Part shown: piece after piece, positions 45,752 to 54,734 of the stretch | Layout of the letters: each line of letters opens with the position of its first letter | How positions within the stretch are numbered: position 1 is the first letter of the stretch | From: a virus | DNA: 64,000 bases | Direction: 5' to 3' (one strand) | IMG/VR virus record: IMGVR_UViG_3300016471_001132 | Coordinates: 64,001-128,000 of that record | Translations under genes and position numbers: made by a program | Notes under the pieces: generated by a model | Databases searched by the model: none | Told to the model about the DNA's origin: nothing | What the model saw: only the letters and a program-made list of their open reading frames with translations

Positions 45752-46848
45752 TTCAAAAGATTTGGGTCGTTCTTTGATATGAGTTTTTTGCTGATGTCGC
45801 TGTCTAAGATTTGCTTGATCCCATCAGACTTGGACAATCTCAGAAATAACTTGAAAATTTCAATATCTCTCAAAGGCGTAAATGTCAACGTGTTGCCAAG
45901 ATGCCAGTGTTGACAATCATTGGCGACAATATTGCACAAATAAGTCGCGAACTTCTCAAAACACATGCTATTCAATTCATCGTCTTTTTCTTGTTGCTCG
46001 AAAAGATTGATGTGTTTGTGCTGCAGGAAATAATCTCTGTGCAAGGTATTCGGATTTTTTTGTAGTTCATCTAGTATATTGGTGCCGTGATACTTTAACC
46101 ATAGATTTGCTGTCACTGGACTTCTTAACATGAATTCATCTCCAGGAGCTCCGCTGGACAAGACACAGGGATCTGTCCAATGATGAATCTGACTGTATCC
46201 CCAAAAATTTTGTTTCAAGCGGCATTGGTTACGACACCAAAATTCATCCCACTCCACATGCTGTTGAAAAATCATTTGATATCGATCAGTGCTGGCCTTG
46301 ATGTAACTGAAAACCAACATGCTATCAATGCCTCCAGAGCAAAAAACTTTTAGAGGTAATTGATTATGTTGCAGAAATGCTCGAGTGCGGCGCGTGAGAA
46401 TATTATGTACTGTGTCAATGAGCTGATCGACTTGCAAAGTTTCTGTTTCGACCTTGCCAATGATGTCTATCTTACGCTCGGACATCTGTAAATCTTGATC
46501 TACACTTATGGTGCTGTCTGCCCATATTGTATATCCTTCTGGGAATAAATTAGACAATGACTTCTGGTCATGCCAAATTGTAAACCCTCTATAGAGATTG
46601 GTCTTGATCTCTATGTTTTTTGATACAATGTCATAATCAAAGATACAAAAATTTCCTGTATGTTCTTGATCCTTTATATAAGACAAACTGTCTTTGATGT
46701 ACGAGTCATCTATGTAACCTTTATACACAAAGACATGCCCATCCTGTTCCAGTCTGTGCCAACCTGCATCGGTATTAAGGATGAGATTGCCCAATGGATG
46801 ATGATATGGGAATAACAGATTGGTCGACTTGGACAACGAAAAAAACAT
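45664..46848 (-). CDS. Asparagine-synthase-like PP-loop ATPase (degenerate Ntn domain)
   Basis: VFCSGGIDS, SGAPGDE, FTPL motifs; no N-terminal Cys. Confidence 0.7.
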   Translation of the reverse strand: MFFSLSKSTNLLFPYHHPLGNLILNTDAGWHRLEQDGHVFVYKGYIDDSYIKDSLSYIKDQEHTGNFCIFDYDIVSKNIEIKTNLYRGFTIWHDQKSLSNLFPEGYTIWADSTISVDQDLQMSERKIDIIGKVETETLQVDQLIDTVHNILTRRTRAFLQHNQLPLKVFCSGGIDSMLVFSYIKASTDRYQMIFQQHVEWDEFWCRNQCRLKQNFWGYSQIHHWTDPCVLSSGAPGDEFMLRSPVTANLWLKYHGTNILDELQKNPNTLHRDYFLQHKHINLFEQQEKDDELNSMCFEKFATYLCNIVANDCQHWHLGNTLTFTPLRDIEIFKLFLRLSKSDGIKQILDSDISKKLISKNDPNLLNYISDSKNSEETLSNMVGLMSKYLANSGQ

Positions 46849-47438
46849 TATTTGTCTCTTGACGATATTACCTGATCAGCCAGTCCATACTCCACAGACT
46901 GTTGGGCAGTCATGAAGTTGTCTCGTTCCATGTCCGCTTTCAATTCTTCGTGTGTTTTGCCCGTGTGCCGCACATAGATATCAGTGAGCACTTGTTTCCA
47001 CCGTAGCAATTCACGAGCTTGAATCTCAACATCAGTGGCCTGGCCTGACGCACCGCCTAGGGGTTGATGGATCATGTGCCTGGCATTGGGAAGTATTTGA
47101 CGATGCCCTTTTTCTCCTGCTGCCGCCAACAATGAGCCCATACTTGCTGCCTGGCCCATGACTATGGTATGCACTGGGCACTTGATGAATTGCATGGTGT
47201 CGTAGATGCTCATACCAGCTGTGACGCTTCCACCTGGGCTGTTGATGTAAAAATGGATGGCTCGATCAGGATCTTCTGATTCTAAAAACAGCATCTGCGC
47301 CACGACCAAACTGGCTGTGTGTTGATTGACTTCACCGTCCAGCATGATGATCCTGTCGCGTAGCAAACGACTGTAGATATCATAACTGCGTTCGCCCTTG
47401 GAAGTGTGTTCTAAAACGATTGGCACTAGATTTGGCAT
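46848..47438 (-). CDS. clpP: ATP-dependent Clp protease proteolytic subunit
   Basis: [42 protein letters not shown]. Confidence 0.97.
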   Translation of the reverse strand: MPNLVPIVLEHTSKGERSYDIYSRLLRDRIIMLDGEVNQHTASLVVAQMLFLESEDPDRAIHFYINSPGGSVTAGMSIYDTMQFIKCPVHTIVMGQAASMGSLLAAAGEKGHRQILPNARHMIHQPLGGASGQATDVEIQARELLRWKQVLTDIYVRHTGKTHEELKADMERDNFMTAQQSVEYGLADQVISSRDK

Positions 47439-48427
47439 TGTATTCCTTGTTGTACTTTGGTTTGTATTTGTTGCACATATCGATCAAACTGCTGTCTATT
47501 GTATTGTATCTTGGGTTGCAAGTCAACTAATTTCTTTTGGAAATAACTCACTGGTTGCCGGCATAAGATCTGCAAAAACGGAACCATGTTGTGATAGGAT
47601 GCGAGATCCAAATCTGTGATGTCTTGGAAGTCCAGCACATAAGTCTCGAATCCTCTCTGGGTCAACCAAGGTACAGCACCGTCTCGGGCATAGACCAAGA
47701 ATGGTCTCAAGCCCAAGATGGGCTTGTAGATCTTTTCGCTGACAAATCTAGTTTTGCGTAAATTGAACTGTGTTTCTGTGATCACGTCCAAGAAAATCCT
47801 GCGCCAGTTGTCAGGGTGGCCCAGACTCATGATGTCGTTGACGATACCAGTTTGCTCAATGCCGGGGTTGGGATTGAGATTGAGATCCGATACACCTGTG
47901 TCCTGCGGTAACAATCTCTGCGCCGGTTCTCCGTCTTGTCTGGAACCCATGCTGACCAAACCTTGGTCCACGACTCCAGCTGCGACCATGGCATCGTACA
48001 ACTGTTGGCGATGGTGGTGAGGTTTTCTATTTAGGCACATAAACGGCGTATCTATGGCTGTGGCATCCGACAGATCGCCATGAGGTACCCTTAGCCATCG
48101 ATCCACGGCCAAGGCCCAGAAATCTATTTCGTCCGGGCCAGCATAGTACCCCACGGATCTGATATCATCAGCAAATGGCTGGAATCGGTCGGCGTGGCAA
48201 TTGGCTGCATCTATCATAGCCACGAGCACTATGCGATCAGGTCTGCTTGCTTCCAGGGCTTGCACAGTCTGTGCATGTGCCCAATCGCTGTACCAGGTGT
48301 TATTGACGATGACCGTAGAGGATGAATCCTCTGCGAAAGGGCGCAAATAAGCGGCCAGTATTTCGGCTTCGAACTTTTTTGTCTCTAATTCAGGACCCCA
48401 CCCATAATCATAAGTTTTTGTTATCAT
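47426..48427 (-). CDS. Glycosyltransferase-like protein (GT10/exostosin-type C-terminus)
   Basis: [14 protein letters not shown]...SEKIYKPI....PFLV. Confidence 0.55.
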   Translation of the reverse strand: MITKTYDYGWGPELETKKFEAEILAAYLRPFAEDSSSTVIVNNTWYSDWAHAQTVQALEASRPDRIVLVAMIDAANCHADRFQPFADDIRSVGYYAGPDEIDFWALAVDRWLRVPHGDLSDATAIDTPFMCLNRKPHHHRQQLYDAMVAAGVVDQGLVSMGSRQDGEPAQRLLPQDTGVSDLNLNPNPGIEQTGIVNDIMSLGHPDNWRRIFLDVITETQFNLRKTRFVSEKIYKPILGLRPFLVYARDGAVPWLTQRGFETYVLDFQDITDLDLASYHNMVPFLQILCRQPVSYFQKKLVDLQPKIQYNRQQFDRYVQQIQTKVQQGIQCQI

Positions 48428-49395
48428 CTGCGCCACTCTTTTATTTCTTCTAATATATTTCTATTGTATCGTGCGATTTCACTGGCTCTTTCCGACATCG
48501 CTGGTTGTATGTCCTGCATGGTCTGCCACATGGCTCGCCAGCGATCTGGCCCTTCCAGGTTATCATAACTTTCGTCCCAATGATCACTGTAAGTTTTGAA
48601 ACCATGGAGATCGCGCAATCTACTCAGGAAATTTTTTGGCCCATAGACCAATATGGGTTTTTCAGCCATGATGGGCCTGGCAGTTTTTTCGGTGGGGAAG
48701 AAAGAGTCCCCACGGGTGTAAGTTTCAGGAACTATCTCTATGCGGAACCGGGGATAGAAATCCAGTATGGTCTTGTTTGTCTCGGGCCGTTCAACGAACC
48801 TACGATATTGGTCAGTGATCTTTTTGCCGTCCAAGCTGGCCAATCGTATATCGTGCCGCCACTGTAGGAAGCCCTGGATTTGATTTGGCGTGACCCATTC
48901 ACTGACTTCTTCTTGATCATATCGCTGGATACCCATGGAATTGTTCATCATACTGAATAAAAACCGGTGTGGTTGTTCCAAGCAATCCCGCAATATCATG
49001 TCTCGTGCCACTGTGCGACGACCGATAAACAGCCCAAATAGCCGAGCATCTGGGTGTAATGCTGGAGTATCGCGCCAGTAATCTCGCAGCAAATCGCCCG
49101 ACAAAAAATGGCTGCGAAATGGCTGATTGTGTTGTCTGGTGGCGTTGATGTTTTCAAATGGTGTGTGTTCTACCACATTGGGATTGTTGACCAGTTTTAT
49201 GGAGCCTACTGACCTGCCTGTTTGATCACAGATGGCCAGTAATCTCTCAACGATGCCCGCAGCAGTGACACTGACACCCTCGGCTTGGAAATCAAGATAA
49301 ATGTCTTCTGATATGTCTGCGCTCCGTACGAGATCTTCGACTTCCTGGGGGTTGGTCCAATAATCGCCAAATAGGGTTATGGGTATAGTCAACAT
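48424..49395 (-). CDS. Glycosyltransferase-like protein, paralogue of the adjacent gene
   Basis: FIGRRT..R, IVPET...FFPTEKTARPI....PILV, FKTY...WDESYD. Confidence 0.55.
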   Translation of the reverse strand: MLTIPITLFGDYWTNPQEVEDLVRSADISEDIYLDFQAEGVSVTAAGIVERLLAICDQTGRSVGSIKLVNNPNVVEHTPFENINATRQHNQPFRSHFLSGDLLRDYWRDTPALHPDARLFGLFIGRRTVARDMILRDCLEQPHRFLFSMMNNSMGIQRYDQEEVSEWVTPNQIQGFLQWRHDIRLASLDGKKITDQYRRFVERPETNKTILDFYPRFRIEIVPETYTRGDSFFPTEKTARPIMAEKPILVYGPKNFLSRLRDLHGFKTYSDHWDESYDNLEGPDRWRAMWQTMQDIQPAMSERASEIARYNRNILEEIKEWRR

Positions 49396-49423
49396 ACCTT
49401 CTACTTACCGCGGTAAATACAGG

Positions 49424-50956
49424 ATGCGTGACATATTAGACAAACTCGACGGCATCACAGAAGCCACTCTGGAACCCAGCCAGATCATCAAATACCCTGA
49501 ACGATTTGATGCATTCATTTCACACATACAAGACCGACGCCCTTTTTACACTGACAAAGAAGGCACCGAAGTGATACTGGATCCCAGAGAAGCAGCACGA
49601 TTCTTAGATCTCCGTGAAAAAGGTCTTTTCCGGGGCGGTCTCAAAGGTCGAGATCTCCAGGGGAACGAATGGCCACTTAGCAGTTTCCGCAAAACAGCTG
49701 AATTCGGTGGTGCCAGCGCCAAGCCCGGTGAAGAAACTGATCCCACTAAAGTCAAAAAAGAAGGAGCTGCTCTCAAGCCGAGCCAGATAGCTATCACTGA
49801 TAAAAACATACCTATCAAAAGCCTGGGCAAACTCATAGTGCAAAATCCTGTATTAGAAAGCACCGATTACGGTCGTGCTGTGATTGAGATGGCACAGCAG
49901 ATCATGGCCGGGCAGGCTGCAGTGATCCCTGAAGAATTCCGCAAGAACGAGCAAATCAAAAAAGCCATCGTGGACTATGCAGGTGAATATCTAGGAGTGA
50001 TGAGTCTGTACTATGACACTTCTGAGTGGTTAGGCAGTGGAGATAAAAAAGCTGGATTTACTCAGTGGTTGGGAGGCGACATTGGTAGTTTAATAGTAAA
50101 CTTTCCCAGCGAGTCTAATACTGCGCTGGCCGATAGCTTCGCTGAAATCAAAAATGCCAAAACTGGCCATACCGTGTCGATCTCAAGTAAAGGTACCGGA
50201 GGAGGTGCACCACCAAGCATATCAAGCCTAAAAGTTCCAGAACATCTCAAAAGCAAACCCGAATACGAAACTGCCATCGACATCATAGAGCTTTGTAGCA
50301 ACAAGTCGATCCCCAATCCTAAGACCATAAGCCAAGTATTTCTAATGATGAACCTGCTGCATGAACGCATCCCTAATAAGATACCCAAACAATTCAATAA
50401 ATTCTTGCCATGGTCGCGCGATATCGTAGATCAGGTACAAAACAGTCTCAAGAACGGTACGGCCATGCCCAAATACCAAAGCCTCTTTGCTGACCTTGAC
50501 AGCAAAGGCAGCGACGGTGGCAAACTCACTTATGTGACCAAGACCGCAGTGATGAACATGGTCAACGGTGGTGAAGTTCCTGGATTCGAAGCAGTGGTCT
50601 TAGAGATACTAGATTATAACTTCATACAACAGTATGCCACTTATCAAGGCAACAAGACCGGAATAGTGGCTTTCAGCACACAGTGGCCAGCCAAGCTCGA
50701 TGGTCGTGTGACCATGGAAAGCAAGAGCGGTGGCACCGATCCTACCAAAGGCGGGTTCAGTTTCAAGCTCAGCCCCAAGAATGCACCTATGCCCACAGCG
50801 GACGAACTCATGGGCGACGATGAGAAACTAGACTTGCCCACTGCTAGTGCCGGGCCCGAAGGTGATCTGTCTGATTACGAGGCACCGAGACCAACAATAA
50901 AAGCTCGTAGAGAGCCTCGGGGTGATGTTAGTGCCCTAGGACGCAAACGTCGTTAA
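49424..50956 (+). CDS. Large late protein, possible PD-(D/E)XK-like nuclease / head-internal protein
   Basis: TAAATA 49414-49419; leader MRDILDKLDGITE; P-S-E..N..LADS...ISISSKG. Confidence 0.55.
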   Translation: MRDILDKLDGITEATLEPSQIIKYPERFDAFISHIQDRRPFYTDKEGTEVILDPREAARFLDLREKGLFRGGLKGRDLQGNEWPLSSFRKTAEFGGASAKPGEETDPTKVKKEGAALKPSQIAITDKNIPIKSLGKLIVQNPVLESTDYGRAVIEMAQQIMAGQAAVIPEEFRKNEQIKKAIVDYAGEYLGVMSLYYDTSEWLGSGDKKAGFTQWLGGDIGSLIVNFPSESNTALADSFAEIKNAKTGHTVSISSKGTGGGAPPSISSLKVPEHLKSKPEYETAIDIIELCSNKSIPNPKTISQVFLMMNLLHERIPNKIPKQFNKFLPWSRDIVDQVQNSLKNGTAMPKYQSLFADLDSKGSDGGKLTYVTKTAVMNMVNGGEVPGFEAVVLEILDYNFIQQYATYQGNKTGIVAFSTQWPAKLDGRVTMESKSGGTDPTKGGFSFKLSPKNAPMPTADELMGDDEKLDLPTASAGPEGDLSDYEAPRPTIKARREPRGDVSALGRKRR

Positions 50957-51528
50957 GCAAGGTCGGCCACTGCGTCGCAGATATTATACTGCAACGCTTC
51001 ATCTGCTGACAGATAAACATCCTGTGGTGGCAGCAATACCTTCTTGATAGTATCATCATCTAGCCCAGTAGTGATGCGATAGTGCTCGACCATGCGTTTT
51101 TCAATCAACTGGAACTCTTTAACAGTGGCAAATAATTCATGCGATTTGCCTTTGCTGCCCCACGAAAACTGGTGGCTTAGGATAGAAGTGTTGGGAGTGA
51201 GTATTCTACGACCCTGGGAACCTGTCAGGAAGATCAACAGTCCAGAACTGGCAATAGATCCCAATCCCACAGTCTTGATGGGTATCTTGCTGGATCGCAT
51301 GACATCAATCAGGGCAAACGCATCTTCAAGACTGCCGCCGTCACTGCAGATCATCAGCAGGAGTTCTTTGTATTTTTTCTTGCGTACATGATTTTCGTGC
51401 AGGATCCATTCGATCACGGGTTTCACAGAATCAGAATCAATGTCGTTCATGAGCACATAGATGCCATGGTCCAGCAGGGCCTCGCCTGGGGTAGCATATT
51501 CTATTGAGCTTTTGTCAGGTGTGTTCAT
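50953..51528 (-). CDS. Second, divergent ClpP-like serine protease
   Basis: ICSDGG, GSIASSG (Ser), ILSHQ (His), D.YLSADEAL.Y.ICD. Confidence 0.8.
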   Translation of the reverse strand: MNTPDKSSIEYATPGEALLDHGIYVLMNDIDSDSVKPVIEWILHENHVRKKKYKELLLMICSDGGSLEDAFALIDVMRSSKIPIKTVGLGSIASSGLLIFLTGSQGRRILTPNTSILSHQFSWGSKGKSHELFATVKEFQLIEKRMVEHYRITTGLDDDTIKKVLLPPQDVYLSADEALQYNICDAVADLA

Positions 51529-51604
51529 AGGGCGATGAAGTGTTCGAGTAAAGTATGTAGATTATAAAGCACTTTTTGAAATGCTTCTACTACTTATCAT
51601 GCCA

Positions 51605-52654
51605 TTATCTAGGGCATTGATTACCCGGAACCGCAGTGACTTCTGCCCGATCGATGTTTTGTATGGCCAGATTCTGTGTATTGACCAGCAAATTATAGGT
51701 TTTCCTGTGACCAGGCAGCAATTTCACACGTCCACCGCCCACTTCTACATAGTACCAAGGAGCGTAGGAACTCTGGCTTATTTCTGGTAGATCAAAACAG
51801 TCGCGATACACAGCCCGACCCGCAGAATCCATCAAACTCATCATCAGCATGGGACGCACAGAGACCATGGCTTTGTCAAAAATCCAATAGGTAGTCTCGT
51901 CATCGAAATAGGCTTTTTCACTGCCTATCATGACTTCTAGCCTGGCACGGCAATTGGACAGCCAGCTGTTGCAATCCGGGCGTGGATTCACCGTCTTGAC
52001 TGCTTCAGCCAAGCTGGCGGTAAACTTGGAATTCCATGCCACATGTACCGGGACCTGCAGGAAGACCACTCTGTTGTCGGCCAAGACCCGAGTCTGCCCC
52101 ACCGAGATGTCAAACGCTCGAGCAGGAAAATCAGCCAACACCGCTGACAGCACACGATCTGCACCTTGTTTCTCTCTGTGGAAACTGTCGATCTGTGCGG
52201 ATATCCTGCCACCTTCCACACGTCCAGCGTCACGACTCTCGCTTAACAGCCGATCTGCTATGCCAGATTTTCGCACCCACACATCGATGTCGATTGAGAC
52301 CCGCTGCCCATCATACTGGCGATCCACGATCTTGAAATCGTGTATGTGACCGGAACTGTAGTTGATGATCTCGTTACGGCGCACTTCACCATCTCTGACA
52401 TTGGTATGGCTCAGTAGTAGGCTACCCACAGCCTGTTCCACTGCCAATCGGAAGGCTTGATCTCTGGCATCTTGCTCGTCTCGCCCCACTGCACGGACCC
52501 GGACATGATAGACTTCTTCTCTGTCCATCATGACCCATTGGCCGATCTGCAAAACTATGGTCAACGGGCTGGGAGCCCAGAAGGACGGAGCAGCCTGCAC
52601 AGGTGATGCCAGAAGACCAGCTATCACCAAGGCACACAAACCACGCTTCATCAC
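51605..52654 (-). CDS. Exported protein with LPP20/FlgT-N-like domain
   Basis: Signal peptide (VQA); G...ARDQAFRLAVEQAVG...EII..SSG.I..F. Confidence 0.6.
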   Translation of the reverse strand: MMKRGLCALVIAGLLASPVQAAPSFWAPSPLTIVLQIGQWVMMDREEVYHVRVRAVGRDEQDARDQAFRLAVEQAVGSLLLSHTNVRDGEVRRNEIINYSSGHIHDFKIVDRQYDGQRVSIDIDVWVRKSGIADRLLSESRDAGRVEGGRISAQIDSFHREKQGADRVLSAVLADFPARAFDISVGQTRVLADNRVVFLQVPVHVAWNSKFTASLAEAVKTVNPRPDCNSWLSNCRARLEVMIGSEKAYFDDETTYWIFDKAMVSVRPMLMMSLMDSAGRAVYRDCFDLPEISQSSYAPWYYVEVGGGRVKLLPGHRKTYNLLVNTQNLAIQNIDRAEVTAVPGNQCPR

Positions 52655-53289
52655 TTCATCCGGTTGCGGATGAATTCAGCGGTGGCCTGGTCTTTCTCGC
52701 TCCATTGATACACTGCTACATACAACTTGCCGTCATCTCTGGTACCCTCACGGATTTTGCGTACACCAATGAGCCGACCCTGTGAAGTGATTGACGTGAT
52801 AGTGGTGATCACGGTATTGTCTACACGCTCTGCGATGCGCCTGCTGGTGTTGTCAGATGAGCCGCTGGCATCTTGGCTAAGTTCAGCTTCTGTGAAACTG
52901 ATGGTACCATCGGCGGTCTTGAACTTGTTGAGAGTGTTGTCTTGGGCTTTTTCCAGGGCCTTGCCGATGATCTTGATCCGTCGTTCGGTCTTGGTATTGT
53001 CGCCATACAAGAACTGTGTGAGCTTGGCTTTGGCATCTAGTTCAGCCACCACAGCAAACTGCCCTTTCCAGGCCGGTGCCACGCCCGTGACTTCGATCCG
53101 ATCCAGATTACCCATGAGGGTGTAATAGATTTTGACGCCGGCATCTTCAAATTCCGTGGCCACTCGCTGATCCTTGACGGGTGTGGTGGTGTCACTAGGT
53201 GGTGTCATCCCAGTCTGGGTATTTTTATTGAACACACCACAACCCGTCAAGGCAGTGGTCAGAGCCAAACATACCAATGTCTTCTTCAT
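52651..53289 (-). CDS. Lipoprotein (LPP20-like)
   Basis: Lipobox LTG-C; A...A...L.QFL and L.GVR motifs. Confidence 0.7.
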   Translation of the reverse strand: MKKTLVCLALTTALTGCGVFNKNTQTGMTPPSDTTTPVKDQRVATEFEDAGVKIYYTLMGNLDRIEVTGVAPAWKGQFAVVAELDAKAKLTQFLYGDNTKTERRIKIIGKALEKAQDNTLNKFKTADGTISFTEAELSQDASGSSDNTSRRIAERVDNTVITTITSITSQGRLIGVRKIREGTRDDGKLYVAVYQWSEKDQATAEFIRNRMK

Positions 53290-53417
53290 TGTCTTCCCTT
53301 TCCGGCTATCATGCCGCCTACACTTTTGAGATCATCACCGGCACCCGATAGAGCACCGCCCAAGGTACCACAAGCCGTCAAGGCCATGGTGACCAGCAAT
53401 ACAGATAGATACTTCAT
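53286..53417 (-). CDS. Entericidin EcnA/B-like 43-aa lipoprotein
   Basis: Hand translation MKYLSVLLVTMALTACGTLGGALSGAGDDLKSVGG; GGAGG SD; ATGA coupling. Confidence 0.65.
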   Translation of the reverse strand: MKYLSVLLVTMALTACGTLGGALSGAGDDLKSVGGMIAGKGRQ

Positions 53418-53446
53418 CGGGTCCTCCGACTTTTGAACATAGTGTA

Positions 53447-53475
53447 ATATTAAAGGAAATGACTTTATTGGTCAA
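53447..53475 (-). promoter_or_regulatory. sigma70 promoter of the lipoprotein operon
   Basis: TTGACC-N17-TAATAT. Confidence 0.75.
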
Positions 53476-53480
53476 CCAGC

Positions 53481-53891
53481 CTATCGCTGGGCATTTTGGG
53501 CAGCATCGCCTATAGGATCAAATTGGACACCTTGTGCTACCAAATTCACAGCAGTGGAACCTATCACTTCGGCCGCTATTCGTCGGTCGCTTTTGGCTTC
53601 TCCACCACAGTTTTGGGCGATTCGTCTAGCGTCAAGATGATCTTTGGTTTCCATTCCGGCATTTCCAACCAAAACAGGAATTAGTAGTGTGCCGCCGCTG
53701 GCTATCACTGCCAATGGACTGGCGATCATACGCATCATTTTATAGTCGTCGTTGGGTTTGGCTTCCTTCACCGGAAGCTGACATTTCAGAGTGCGATAGT
53801 CATCATTGTGTTGCAGGCTTTGCGCGGTACGAGTGCTATGGCTAGCACAGCCGGTTAGAATCAAAAGAGGTAAAAGAAAAATCCCACGCAT
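53481..53891 (-). CDS. Lipoprotein
   Basis: Lipobox LTG-C; promoter TTGACA-N18-TATAAT (53898-53927), ATG 7 nt downstream. Confidence 0.7.
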   Translation of the reverse strand: MRGIFLLPLLILTGCASHSTRTAQSLQHNDDYRTLKCQLPVKEAKPNDDYKMMRMIASPLAVIASGGTLLIPVLVGNAGMETKDHLDARRIAQNCGGEAKSDRRIAAEVIGSTAVNLVAQGVQFDPIGDAAQNAQR

Positions 53892-53934
53892 ACTGTAATT
53901 ATAGTATGGGTGGGATTGGATTGTCAACCGCTAT

Positions 53935-54168
53935 TTAGATAGCGATGGCTTTGCGAACAGCTTCAGCGTAGGCCTTGACAGCGGCGTTTTGTGCCCGGGC
54001 GAACTCCATCGAAGCTTCAGCAACGGCTTCAGCAGCAGCTTTGGCTTTGGCATCGGTAATGTAACCGATGGCTGTTTTGGTGTTCTTTTCTACTTCGGCC
54101 AGCATTTTGTCGGCGTCGAAGAGTTTGGCAGCGTCAAATTTAGAAAAATCGATTTTGGTGAAGTCCAT
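53935..54168 (-). CDS. Phasin-like (PHA granule-associated) small helical protein
   Basis: 77 aa, Ala/Lys/Glu-rich amphipathic helices with Phe-rich N-terminus; AAGGAAA SD; TGC-N3-GCA box upstream. Confidence 0.5.
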   Translation of the reverse strand: MDFTKIDFSKFDAAKLFDADKMLAEVEKNTKTAIGYITDAKAKAAAEAVAEASMEFARAQNAAVKAYAEAVRKAIAI

Positions 54169-54243
54169 TTTAGTTTCCTTAGTTAAGCGAACTACAGAAT
54201 TGGATGCCCGCCCCATGCGGCACATCATGTTCTGATTGTAACA

Positions 54244-54260
54244 TATATATTGCGTTGCAA
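54244..54260 (-). promoter_or_regulatory. PhaR-type palindrome plus late-like TATATA box
   Basis: Minus strand TTGCAACGCAA followed directly by TATATA. Confidence 0.55.
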
Positions 54261-54337
54261 CAATAGTTATCTACGCATATTATTACCAAACCATTGGATT
54301 TTGGCTAAGTAGTTTTACCAAAAACGGAGGAATCAAA

Positions 54338-54718
54338 ATGGCCTGGACCGCTACCCTAAACATCGTCAACGATACAGCATACAATCTCACAGTAAACCAC
54401 AACACCGTGGGCGATCTCACTACCATCGCTCCCGGCGGCAACTGGAGCTACACCACATCTGATCCCAACAACACCAACGCTCTGCGTTTTTGGTCTGTGC
54501 CCAATCAGTGGTACATGCAGGGTTCAGTGGCCTATGGTCCATTGGCCGGTGTGTACATGGATCGTGGCTGGATGGCCCCAAACGATCAGACCATCCGCTT
54601 GGATGCTGATGTCAACGGGACCACTTTCACTCAGACGGAGAACGGTGGTGCAACGGTGGTGCCTTGGAACGGATTCGAATCCGGTGGCACCATCGACATG
54701 AAGTTTTCCAAGATTTGA
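54338..54718 (+). CDS. All-beta protein of unknown function (aegerolysin/lectin-like pattern)
   Basis: GGAGG SD; alternating beta pattern, Trp/Asn/Thr-rich; N-terminal LNIVNDTAYNL. Confidence 0.55.
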   Translation: MAWTATLNIVNDTAYNLTVNHNTVGDLTTIAPGGNWSYTTSDPNNTNALRFWSVPNQWYMQGSVAYGPLAGVYMDRGWMAPNDQTIRLDADVNGTTFTQTENGGATVVPWNGFESGGTIDMKFSKI

Positions 54719-54734
54719 CGGTAAATACTAGACT

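Noticed and set aside
54670-54683. GGATTCGAATCC, a tRNA T-arm-like palindrome
   Set aside because: It lies inside a CDS (NGFESG) with no acceptor, D or anticodon arms around it. No tRNA was recognised anywhere in the window.
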